From: a virus
Taxonomy: Duplodnaviria; Caudoviricetes
Reading direction: 5' to 3' (one strand)
IMG/VR virus record: IMGVR_UViG_3300028833_000053
Length of the DNA stretch: 64,000 nt
In this document: positions 54,842 through 64,000 of the stretch, piece after piece
How positions within the stretch are numbered: position 1 is the first letter of the stretch
Layout: each line of letters opens with the position of its first letter
Program-made: the position numbers and the translations under genes
Notes under the pieces: generated by a model
Told to the model about the DNA's origin: nothing
Databases searched by the model: none
The model's input: the letters and a program-made list of their open reading frames with translations, nothing else

Positions 54842-56824
54842 ATGATACCATACGGATAGAACCCACACGGACTTGAAGACAGGTTGTTGAGCTTTCATGT
54901 GTATACAGTTGAAAACGGCGTAGCAACTGAAGTGGCATCGGCATAGACCAAAAACCGCCTATATTGCCACGCGGTGTTTCCCGCTGAAATGCTGGCATAT
55001 GGACCCGAATGGGCAATAGCGTATGCACCAACGGCAGAATCATACAACGTCCTTCAAAAATACGTGACAAGGGATGAAGAGTGGCGTGACAACCCCCAAC
55101 AATATATGGTAATGGGAAACCAAGATTTTTACCTTGAAATGTTCTATAACTACGCCTATCCAGAATATGCCACTGTTGTCATATTGGACACGTCAGGAAG
55201 TATGAACAATCCCAGTTAGTATACATTCACCAGTCCAAACGTCAAAATTAAATTTGACTATGAACATGCAAAGAACATTGTGTCTGCTGCAATAAGTGAA
55301 TATGCTTGCTTCAAAGTAGACTCCATAGACTCCAAAATAATGATTTATTCAGGAACGTACATATCAAACTTGACATCCAATCTTATCGGTTCTTTGGACT
55401 TGAATTCAGCAAATTGGGCAGATATAATGGGGAAAGTAAGTCCACTTATAAACAGTGTCCCCAAAATAGGGGGTACGGAATCCATGGTCACCTGTTTCTA
55501 CCGGGCATTAATTGAACTACAGAATAGATGGCTTAAAGATTTGGAAATTGGTTCTGATGATCAAAAACTCAAAGGAATTACATTCATTGTCTTTTCGGAT
55601 GAATCGTTGTTCGGAGACAGTGTTGTTAATAACTATTCCGATTTGGTTCATAAAGAATCTGGAAAAGACCCAACATTTCCATGGTTTTATGATTGGCAAA
55701 AAAGAGAGGGAGGCACAAACAATAGATTTCCACATAGTAATTACGACAGCAGAGAAGGAAAAAAAGATTTCATTAATGGCATAACAAATGCCTTAAAGCA
55801 AATGTCATATTACTATGGCGTAAACATCAACTGGGCGTTGGTTCGTGGACCGACAGTGTATACATATAGACATAAGGCAACAGGTATATACCCAGACGGA
55901 TATGATACGGACACATCAAATACTCTTGGGAATTTTGATCAAACCGATTGGACTATGTTTGGAAACAATGGCATTGGTGGGGCGCGACCAACTTTTAACT
56001 GTCTACCATTTATTCATGTAAATTCAAATTACGTTCCTGCGGGTGCCCCAGTGTCATATTAGTGGATTATGCCTGGGTCATATCATGTAAATTCGCTTTA
56101 TATACCAATGTACAGAGTCATCGTTCAAACCCCAATTGGAGCAACAACGTCAATGAGCGTAATGACCTATGATGACCAATTTACCTCATATGCTACAATG
56201 AAATCCAAATGGCATGCAATAAATCAAATTTCCGCGTCGGGAAGTTTTCCAGGATTTTCCCAATATTGTGCATTTAGATTTATGGACACCGTTTATTCTG
56301 GAAACTACAACTTGAACACTGAAACCATTACACTTCCAACTGTCACCGGGGACGCTGGAGCAGTTTGGAAAATAATGTCCAGAACATCACCAAGGGCACT
56401 GGCACAGGGAACTACATATTAGTTGAATGTAAACGACACCGTTGACGGTGATACTTTCTGTTATAGATTCAGGTTGGCATATAAAATAAAACTTCACTTG
56501 AACCGTGCAAATACGGTATGGACATCAGAGGTTGGAACACTTGATTGGGAAAATAACAGAACGGTGCTTGCAGAATGGGGTCAACCATTCCCGACAATCC
56601 CGGGTGTAGCAGCATCGGATGGTGCAACCTTCAAAAACTGGATGATTTCGGGACTAGCACCATCCACAACTGAGGCCGGTTATACAAGTGACGCTTCGGG
56701 ATACTGTCATTTGGCAGATGGAAAAGCCCAACTCACTACATATTGGTACAATATGCGCAGAAACATTGACCTATGGGCGCAATGGATTGAGCCTGCGCCA
56801 CCACCTCCGCCACCTGCGGCTTAA
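54842..56824 (+). CDS. vWA (MIDAS) domain protein (660 aa, 5 TAG)
   Basis: VVILDTSGSM, GGT, FIVFSDE; TAGs 54857, 54944, 55217, 56060, 56420; GGAG RBS; C-terminal TFKNW...LWAQW. Confidence 0.78.
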
Positions 56825-56839
56825 TAACATAAATAAACA

Positions 56840-56865
56840 AAACGGGTTGATTGAATCAACCCGTT
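56840..56865. terminator. Bidirectional terminator between convergent genes
   Basis: AACGGGTTGAT/ATCAACCCGTT stem with A/T flanks. Confidence 0.75.
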
Positions 56866-56894
56866 AATGTTTTTGAAAGCAATTTCCAATTTAC

Positions 56895-57512
56895 TTACTT
56901 CTTTGCAGAAGTTTTCTTCTTGCCCTTGTAAACCTTCTCAACGGCTTCCTTCGCGGCCTTCTCTCCGGCCTCGTCAGCTTCCTTTGCCTTGGCAGCAGCG
57001 GCTTCCTTCTTCGCCTTTCTCTCGGCGCGGCGCTTGCGCTCCTGCTCCTTCTGGTCAAGCGAACCCGCAATGAGCTTGTTGATTTTCTCACCAAGACCCT
57101 TGGACTTCAAGTAGCCGTTGTCGTCGATGTCATTCGCGTAAAGCCGCTTGACGATGGCGTAGATGAGTCCAGTTTCCTTGTTGAACGGGTCCTTCTCGCA
57201 AGCCTTGACGCAAACCTTGCTTCCATCCTTGAACGTGACAATCGTTGCAGGATCGTTGAAGATAATCTGATCGATGTCGTCAAGGATGTTGAGACGTCCG
57301 ATTCTGTCGGACTTGCACCCACTTCCGCCGCAAGTGCAGGTATTTACCGGCTTCACTGTTGAAATTGAGCAACGTCCACTTGCGGGGCTTCTGCTGACCG
57401 CCACACCGTTGCCATTCCTGGAAGCATGAATGAGATCGTCGAGCACTGCGTCAAATACGCCTAATGCCGCCAAAAATTCCGGGCTTCCACATTCGTTGTT
57501 ATTGTATATCAT
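56895..57512 (-). CDS. Phage protein of IFNDPATIV type
   Basis: IIFNDPATIVTFKDGSKVCVK...ETGL; promoter TTTACC-N17-TATAAT at 57581-57609. Confidence 0.7.
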   Translation of the reverse strand: MIYNNNECGSPEFLAALGVFDAVLDDLIHASRNGNGVAVSRSPASGRCSISTVKPVNTCTCGGSGCKSDRIGRLNILDDIDQIIFNDPATIVTFKDGSKVCVKACEKDPFNKETGLIYAIVKRLYANDIDDNGYLKSKGLGEKINKLIAGSLDQKEQERKRRAERKAKKEAAAAKAKEADEAGEKAAKEAVEKVYKGKKKTSAKK

Positions 57513-57613
57513 GGTTATGTTTCCTTTTCTCTGTTAATTATATGGATGTCTACGCGCAATCCACAAACTGTCTTTGCTTTATTATACCACCATAGAGAAT
57601 TTTGGTAAAGTCT

Positions 57614-58336
57614 TTAACCGTTTTCAGTGTCCTCTATGATTTCCTCGTCCTCTTCGTCAATTTCCTGCATCAGTTTCAGCATGTCTATTGCACCGCTTTC
57701 CACCATACCGGGCGGCACGTCCTTTGCGTTCGTGACATCCTCGGCTTCCGCGGGGGTTGAATGCTGGCTGTTCCACTTCTCCATGTCAAGTTGGTATTTC
57801 CTCTCAAGGACTTCAAGCCTATGCTCTTGCTTCAACTGCTCCATCTTCACGTTGTCGAAGAACTTTATCCTTTGCTTGTAGAGCGAGGTGTATTCCGAAA
57901 TCAACTGACGAGTCTCGCCAATCAAGGAAGCTGCGGCCGCAACGGTCTCCGCATCCAAGACATCGCAACTTGAAATGATGCCATAGACGTTCGCTATCAT
58001 CTGCTTCGTGGTGTCCACCAAGTCCTCTATGGACTTGAAAGCGTTTTCCACGTTTACAAGATTGTCTATGCGGACGCTGGCGGACCCGTTTCCATCTTGG
58101 GAGTTCTGCTGGAGTTGGGTCTTGGCGTTGTCAATGACCTGGATGTTCTGTTGGAACTTCTCGTCGATTTCGTCAACCTTCGCCTTTGTCTCCTCAATGA
58201 GTTGCGTGGTCTGGTCAATGACGGACTGTGCGTCATCCACTGGGGAAGTCACTTCGTTCATGTAGTCGTCGAAGGACTGTCCTTCCTGGATTCCGAGAAG
58301 TTCGTTCAACCGGTCTTTGTTGATTTGCTCGGCCAT
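57614..58336 (-). CDS. Helical protein, possible gp16-like terminase small subunit
   Basis: IEDLVD...AETVAAAASLIGE pattern; coupled to the sigma gene by a TGATG overlap; identity uncertain. Confidence 0.4.
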   Translation of the reverse strand: MAEQINKDRLNELLGIQEGQSFDDYMNEVTSPVDDAQSVIDQTTQLIEETKAKVDEIDEKFQQNIQVIDNAKTQLQQNSQDGNGSASVRIDNLVNVENAFKSIEDLVDTTKQMIANVYGIISSCDVLDAETVAAAASLIGETRQLISEYTSLYKQRIKFFDNVKMEQLKQEHRLEVLERKYQLDMEKWNSQHSTPAEAEDVTNAKDVPPGMVESGAIDMLKLMQEIDEEDEEIIEDTENG

Positions 58337-58980
58337 CAGTCCTCGTCGTAGTTGTCTTTCTTTCCGCTGTTGATTTCGGCGATGATGGAGTCCTTTTGCC
58401 TGCGCAGGAACTTCGCATCCTGCTCCGTAATCTGCTCGGAGCCAATCATCGTCTTGAGGAAGTTCATATATGATTTGTCAATGTTTATTGAGGGCATTTC
58501 CTCAACTGCGCGTTCAAGGTTTTCCTTCACCAGCTATCGCTTGAAGTTCAAGTCATTGTAGTAGTCCTTAAGATATGTCATTGCACATGACCAGCAAATC
58601 TATGTGAAGTACGCAAAGGGATTCGTGAACGCAAAGTTGTATTTTGGAAGCGCGTTTATGCATCGTATGCAGGATTGCCCTATGATGTCCTCTTTGATTT
58701 CCTTTGAATATCTAACGTAGTCTGGATGTCCCATGTAGTGAGTTGCAATGTCCAGAATCATCTTCCCAAGATATTCGGAGGGTTGGCGTTTGCTTTCGTC
58801 AGGATCGGAATCCCGCCACTTCTTCAGTTCTTCAAGCAAGTCCTTGTTGCTCACAAACGGCTTGCGTTTGGGGCGTGGATTCAATTTCTCCTGCTCCGCC
58901 CTCTGTTTCTATCGCAAAAGAGATTTTGCTAGGTTCTTTTTCTGGAATTCCTCCAGTGATTCGCTTTTCCTTCTTGGCAT
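58336..58980 (-). CDS. gp55: T4 gp55-like late-transcription sigma factor (214 aa, 3 TAG)
   Basis: FVSNKDLL, SEYLGKMI..IA, Y..Y...ED.I, NPFAYFT[TAG]ICW; TAGs 58909, 58600, 58534. Confidence 0.88.
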
Positions 58981-59090
58981 TGTTTATGTTTCCTGTATTA
59001 TGTGGGACATTGACATTATTTGAATGGTCAAATATTGTAAATAATTCCCTTAATACGCGCTTCTTGCTGACAATTATACAGGAAATTGAA

Positions 59091-59503
59091 TTAGAAAATG
59101 CTGCGCACCTTGTGCTGGGGCTTGGATTCGATGTACGTTTCGTCAATGGTTTGGGTTTGGTTCTTCGGCTCGTCTATGTTGTAGTCCGTCCTGTGCTTGA
59201 CTTTCTTCGTCTGGGTCTTCACAACATTGAACCTTCTTGGCAACGTCAGCTTTGACAAATCGTGCTTCACACGGTATCTTGCAAGTTCATGTGCAGGGTT
59301 CACCTCCACTTTGCATACGCGCCTTTTTATCCTGTGGTTGAAGCGAATGGCGTTTACCAAGGTTTCCATGTTGGGAATGTCAACAGGCGTGTCGCCCTCG
59401 TTTTGCACAAGGCCGCCTTTATCGCCGCAAATGATTATGGTGACTCTATCAGAACTTGTTCTCGAAGTCTTGTTTCGCTTCTGCTTTCGCCTTTGCTTCA
59501 TTG
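59091..59503 (-). CDS. Basic hypothetical protein, start uncertain
   Basis: Lys/Arg-rich ORF, TAA stop; 5' end overlaps the read-through tail of the upstream gene. Confidence 0.5.
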
Positions 59504-60669
59504 TATTTCTTTCCCTCTTGAATTGCAAATTCCGCCCTTGTTTCCAAAAGTTCGGGATCCTCATCTGGATATTTCTACTTTAATGCCACTTCAAGTCTTT
59601 TCTACGCCAATTTGTCGTTTTTCCCCCACAAAGGACTGTTCAAGATTTCCGCTGCCATTTTGTCGTCATCGTCATAGTCGTTTTCGTCAAATTCCTCGTC
59701 CTCATCTTCTTCCTCATCGTCCTCGTCCTCTTCATCCTCATCTTCTTCGTCATAGTCCTCGTCATCGTAGTCATCATACCAATCATCATCCTCGTCCCAC
59801 GGATATTCCTCATCCTCGTCATACTCATCATCTTCATCCCACGGATATTCATCATCGTCATACTCGTCATACTCATCGTCATAGTCATCATCATAGGGAT
59901 CGTCGTAATCTTCTTCGTCCTCATCATCTTCGTAATCGTCATCTTCCCAATCATCTGGATCATACGGCTCTTCATCTTCCGTTGGCTGCTTTGCGCCCTC
60001 TTCCTTTGCAAAGTCCTGTGCAGCCTGGTCATCCGCCTTGCCGCAGTCATATGAGATATGCGTAAACGAACCCGTCAAGTCGAATTCCACGAAACCCGTT
60101 CCGTCTTGAGTCAATTCAACGTCGCCAATTGAAGTTGGATGAAAGTTGTGTATTATCCAATGGTGATGCGTTGCGTCATCCGGTTTGTTCCTCAACCTTA
60201 TTTCCAAAATGTCCTCGTCAGGACTCAAGTTGTATTGGTTGCCGATTGTAGCCCTGGGGTCGCCGGCGACCAATGGATGACCCGTCTGCAAAACCATGTT
60301 GCGCAAGTCGTAGTAGTGGAAACCCTCTTTGTCCGCAATGATGGTCATGGTAATATCCGTGTTCTCATACATAATGTGCGTGGGAATGGATATTGTGAAC
60401 CCGGCATGTGAGAGTTCAAGGGTGTTTACTGAAACCCCGGGAATGGTCACGTTCTTGGCGAAGAATATGGTTCTCGGCCAACGGCTCCAAACAAGTTCGT
60501 ACTTGCACTGGACTATGGGTTGGGACAAGTTGAAAGCGTCAAGGTACGTCTGGAGGTTGGGCTTTCCATCCTACCATCCAGGATATTTGGACTCCGACCC
60601 GCGTTCAACTTCGTTGTACTCAAGGTAGTCCTTTCTGCTGTATCCTTCGTCGTTTTCCTCTATTGCCAT
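59449..60669 (-). CDS. gp19/gp54-like tail-tube-fold protein with Asp/Glu/Tyr tract (406 aa, 3 TAG)
   Basis: FAKNVTIPG, ITMTIIAD, FHPTSIGDVEL...FDLTG; TAGs 60571, 59602, 59575; GGGAG RBS. Confidence 0.78.
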
Positions 60670-60696
60670 GGTTTTCAACTCCCTTGTTTAATCGCA

Positions 60697-60726
60697 AAGG
60701 GATGGAGATTTTCTTCTCCATCCCTT
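60697..60726 (-). terminator. Terminator hairpin after the tail tube gene
   Basis: AAGGGATGGAGA/TCTCCATCCCTT stem. Confidence 0.7.
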
Positions 60727-60770
60727 CACCATTGCAAACCAAAAGAATGGCTATCTCAATGAACGCCAGA

Positions 60771-61514
60771 TTAGTAGTTTGCAGCAACACCACCGCCGGC
60801 GCCAAACTGTGACGCGAACGCGGTAGTGCCTCTATTGCCCTGTCCAGGAGACATTGGGTCTTCGGTTGCGATGTCCATTTCGCCATCGCCATTCGCCTTT
60901 CCGAGCTTGTTGTTTCTGCTCGTGTCGTCGTTCTTCTGGCCGATAGGCGTACCGGCGGACTGCTCCCAATAGACGGACTTGAAGTCAACGGAGAAGGTGG
61001 AAATACCACCAGCGGTGTTGGAAAGTTCAAGACCACCAACCTTGGTCACTCTCGTGCCGTGGATTAGCGTGGATTCAACAACGTCTTGGTAGTTTGGAGC
61101 AAGCAAGTCAACCTGAATCCAAGGCTCGTTGTCTCCGCCGGAGCCAAGCCTTGTAGGACGCCTGTTCGCCTCAAAGTAAGAACCATCCGTGATGTCGGGG
61201 TTGATGCAAGCAGCCTGCCAGTCAAGCATTGCGCGGCGAAGGTCGCCACGGACGTCTGCATACACCGTGATGGAATGATCCTGTCCCATGTCAATCGTCG
61301 TTGGAACCGGAATCTTGTAGGCGCGATACTGCAAGTCCTCGAAGTTCACGGTTCTGTCGGGAAGCGTGAAAGCGTTTCCATAAACCTGCATTCTCTCCAG
61401 AGTCGTGTCAATCACAGCAAAGCCGCTGTGGAACTTGATTTCGTACATTGTCTATGTACGGACTTGGTCTTCGTTGAACAGCGTTATCGCTTGTGTCAGA
61501 TTGTAATTTGCCAT
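60771..61514 (-). CDS. gp19: Major tail tube protein, gp19-like (247 aa, 1 TAG)
   Basis: FTLPDRT...YR...PVP, ITVYAD...R.AM.DW, VGGLELS...STFSVDF; TAG 61452 at codon 21; GAGG RBS; TTGTAAATA at 61559-61567. Confidence 0.8.
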
Positions 61515-61650
61515 GTTTCTGTTACCTCAAATAAAACTGTAGTTTGTTCGTTTGGTATTATTTACAATTTTCCGTTTGGTTTTCGTGGATCGGACATTTC
61601 CTATCCCATCACAGTTTTTATTTACAAACATTTGACGAAAATTGAAGGAT

Positions 61651-61660
61651 TGGTAAATAC
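61651..61660 (+). promoter_or_regulatory. Late-promoter motif TGGTAAATAC
   Basis: Just upstream of ATG 61665. Confidence 0.65.
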
Positions 61661-61664
61661 CAGT

Positions 61665-62522
61665 ATGGCAACATCAGACGACACAGATTCTGGGCTTACA
61701 ACAAAGTTGGATGGAAAATACCTCTTGGTGTCCGATTCAAACGAAATCGGAAACCAATATGACTCCAAAAAACTGTCCAAAGCGGATTTGGTTAACATTG
61801 CGGAAGACAACTTGTTCAAGAGACATCTTGACATAATGTCGCAATACCTGACCAAAACCCAATACCAGACATACAAGGGAATCATAGACGAAAAGCTGCA
61901 ATTGCAACTGGACTTGTGGGACGCTCTCAAAGCCCAAGAGTGGAGTGGAAAGTTCACGGCGGTTGACGGTCAGATTATATTGATTAACGTTGATGAATTC
62001 AACAAACTGAACAAAGCGCGTATGGAATCAGATCCACCCAAAACGGCCTTCACGCCAATGCAATACATCAGAGAATGTTGGCACATAACTTCGGAATACA
62101 GCATAACCCAGTTGAAGGATTGCATGTTGAGGGGAATAACGCAAGTTGACTCACAGACAAAAGAACAAGTCATAAAGACGGGAAACGACAAGATTGGTCT
62201 TAAGGAAGTCAACATACCTCCACACATGCACCATAGCAGCATAACCACAAACGCAAACATCAGAAGCATGGAAGGAAGTGAAGAGCCAACCGACAAGACA
62301 AGGTTGGTGAACGAGGCGTTCGCCTATGACTTGTTCTACAACGATTCATTCGCAACGGGAGTTGACTTCAATGAATTGAATGGTGAGATTGACACGTTCA
62401 ACGTAAAGAACACTGGAATAACGTCAGGTGGACAAGACGAAACACCAAGACTTGACCACAACAACTTGCCAAGGTACACCAAATACTACGCCTTTGTCAT
62501 TCACAAAGGCTCTAATACTTGA
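61665..62522 (+). CDS. Baseplate/short-fibre-type structural protein
   Basis: TGNDKIGL...NIPPHMH...HNNLPRY motif typical of gp10/collar-like C-termini; start MATSD. Confidence 0.65.
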   Translation: MATSDDTDSGLTTKLDGKYLLVSDSNEIGNQYDSKKLSKADLVNIAEDNLFKRHLDIMSQYLTKTQYQTYKGIIDEKLQLQLDLWDALKAQEWSGKFTAVDGQIILINVDEFNKLNKARMESDPPKTAFTPMQYIRECWHITSEYSITQLKDCMLRGITQVDSQTKEQVIKTGNDKIGLKEVNIPPHMHHSSITTNANIRSMEGSEEPTDKTRLVNEAFAYDLFYNDSFATGVDFNELNGEIDTFNVKNTGITSGGQDETPRLDHNNLPRYTKYYAFVIHKGSNT

Positions 62523-62523
62523 T

Positions 62524-63453
62524 TCATTCCCAGGTGCGCAACTTGTAGAACTCGTCAACAACCGCTTGGCTCAATTCAACAGGAATGTTCTTGAAGTCAA
62601 TCAACTTTGAATTCAACAAGAACCTTTGTGCCACCTCTGGCTCTTCGTGAAGCATCTTCTTGAACTCGTCTGTTTTCTCCGTAATGTACTTCAACGCCCG
62701 AATCTCACCAATCTTCGGCTTGATGGGCTTGATGTTGTCCGAGTTGTCCCCGGAGATTATCTTCACCATCAACGCCTGTTGCGGCGTGATGCTTATGACT
62801 TCATTTCCTTTTTTGATTTTGGGAACAACCATTTCCCCATGCGCCCCATACTGGGTAACCGGGCGGTCAATCTGGAGTTGGATGAAGTCGCGGTCGGATG
62901 AAATGAGGATGATTCTCTCGTATTCCTCTCCGATTCTCTCGCTCCTTGCAATTGACGCAATAACGTCGTCGCCTTCCGCACCGATTACTGCAAGTTGCAT
63001 CGTATGTTCGCCAAAGATGGAAGGGAACACGTTGGCGTAGAGTTCATCAAACACGGGACCAATCTTGTACTGGCTTCTCTTGGCACGTTGGATTTTCCTT
63101 GCCAACTTGTACTCTGGATAAAGCCCATATCTGAACGATTTTGTCAGCCTTGAATCCTTTGCTATGATGGTGTCAACGAGAAAGCTGTTGGGATATAGAA
63201 GTCCCGTGTTGTTCTCTATGATGTTGGCTATGCCATTCAACTTGTCAACCGCCGCGTTGTACAAGCACTTCTTGAACCATTGGCTTTCGTTCACGATGTC
63301 CGGGAGATTGTCCTGGTCCGTCTCGTCCGGTGGACGTATGATGCATGTGTCAAGACTTTGGTACTGTTCGCTCCAAGTCTTGAACGCCCTGTAGTTCACG
63401 ACAAACGACAGAAAACTGCCGTCTATCAACAATAAAACCTTTTTCACTGTCAT
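62524..63453 (-). CDS. rnh: RNase H / 5'-3' exonuclease (T4 rnh, FEN family)
   Basis: LLIDGS, R..LYPEYK..R, EGDDVI, SSDRDF.QL, GDNSDNI; no TAG. Confidence 0.88.
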   Translation of the reverse strand: MTVKKVLLLIDGSFLSFVVNYRAFKTWSEQYQSLDTCIIRPPDETDQDNLPDIVNESQWFKKCLYNAAVDKLNGIANIIENNTGLLYPNSFLVDTIIAKDSRLTKSFRYGLYPEYKLARKIQRAKRSQYKIGPVFDELYANVFPSIFGEHTMQLAVIGAEGDDVIASIARSERIGEEYERIILISSDRDFIQLQIDRPVTQYGAHGEMVVPKIKKGNEVISITPQQALMVKIISGDNSDNIKPIKPKIGEIRALKYITEKTDEFKKMLHEEPEVAQRFLLNSKLIDFKNIPVELSQAVVDEFYKLRTWE

Positions 63454-63527
63454 TGGTAGTAAAACCTCATATAATCTTTACATAAATTATACCACATTCT
63501 AGGGCATTTGTACATCTTTGGGGATTT

Positions 63528-63536
63528 TGGTAAATA
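63528..63536 (+). promoter_or_regulatory. Late-promoter motif TGGTAAATA
   Basis: Upstream of ATG 63569. Confidence 0.65.
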
Positions 63537-63568
63537 AACTGTGAAAACTCAACAGAGGGAAACAAAAC

Positions 63569-64000
63569 ATGAAACTGATAAATGCCATAATAGGGTTCTT
63601 CAAGGGTTTGTTCGGAAAGAAAACTGACGAAAACGATGGGGAATGCCTGAATTGCGAGGAAAAAGACGTGTGCCAGACAACAGATAAAAGCAAGAAATAT
63701 GCCTTGATTGTTGGAATGGAAACATCCAAATGGGGTGCTTGCCCGGGTTCCGACAAGGACTCCAGCGTTATGTACGGACTGGTTTCACAGTACGTCAACA
63801 ACGACCACATAATCAAAATCAACAACAAGTTGGCAACAACCGAGAACGTCAGGCAGTCATTGGAGGATCAAATAGCCAAGGTTCCGGAAGATGGTTTGTT
63901 CATCTTCACGTATTCGGGACACGGTGGACAGTACAACCAGTCAAACGATGCCAAGAACGAAACCGATGGACGTGACGAGTTCCTTTGTCTCTACGATGGT
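63569..64000 (+). CDS. Metacaspase / peptidase C14 family protease (partial)
   Basis: KYALIVG, CPG..KD, FIFTYSGHG (catalytic His), ETDGRDEFLC.YD; open to window end, so absent from the ORF track. Confidence 0.85.
   Translation, partial: MKLINAIIGFFKGLFGKKTDENDGECLNCEEKDVCQTTDKSKKYALIVGMETSKWGACPGSDKDSSVMYGLVSQYVNNDHIIKINNKLATTENVRQSLEDQIAKVPEDGLFIFTYSGHGGQYNQSNDAKNETDGRDEFLCLYDG

Noticed and set aside
57340-57349. CGGTAAATAC late-like motif
   Set aside because: Lies inside a CDS with no nearby downstream start
35618-60065. Alternative-frame Thr/Met-rich, Ser-rich and His/Arg-rich ORFs (e.g. 35618-36064, 39234-39467, 59640-60050, 59262-60065)
   Set aside because: They are shadows of the GAY/GAR-rich acidic tracts and lack an RBS or promoter
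61086-61664. 478-aa ORF starting at 61086
   Set aside because: Its 5' part is antisense to the tail tube gene; the likely start is 61665 after the late motif
1-64000. Suppressor tRNA, release factor or pyrrolysine machinery
   Set aside because: No cloverleaf or such gene was recognised and intergenic gaps are short. Conserved columns point to Gln, not Pyl. A tRNAscan-SE run is needed to be sure
63569-64000. Metacaspase cleaving the Asp-rich tracts
   Set aside because: Metacaspases usually cut after Arg or Lys, and nothing in the sequence links it to those proteins

Overview
This is a 64 kb segment of a large T4-like (myovirus/jumbo-type) phage genome that does not use the standard code. In-frame TAG is read as a sense codon, almost certainly Gln (translation table 15), so the supplied ORF track is fragmented. 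Joining same-frame ORFs across TAG (about 75 TAGs in 22 genes by manual count) gives continuous genes that all end in TAA or TGA. They include a 3356-aa giant protein, two glycosyltransferase cassettes (GT2-like, Stealth-like, GT6-like, GT29-like, rhamnosyltransferase-like domains and a degenerate nucleotide-sugar dehydrogenase), a gp19-like tail tube, three tube/baseplate-fold proteins with long Asp/Glu tracts, a vWA protein, BspA-type LRR proteins and a gp55-like late sigma factor. TAG-free genes include gp25, an RNase H/5'-3' exonuclease, a PD-(D/E)XK nuclease, an N6-adenine methyltransferase, a Lar-like protein and a metacaspase cut off by the window end. Two promoter classes are visible. 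Sigma70-type TTGAC-N17-TATACT promoters drive small genes without internal TAG. A T4-late-like T(G/T)GTAAATA motif precedes structural and glycosylation genes. The main candidate system is a recoding-gated developmental switch: the late sigma factor carries three TAG codons, one inside the conserved NPFAYFT[Q]I motif, so late transcription would depend on the code switch. That switch would also gate a multi-enzyme, probably virion-directed glycosylation programme. No suppressor tRNA, release factor, CRISPR array or integrase was seen. All family calls come from motif recognition by eye, not database searches.
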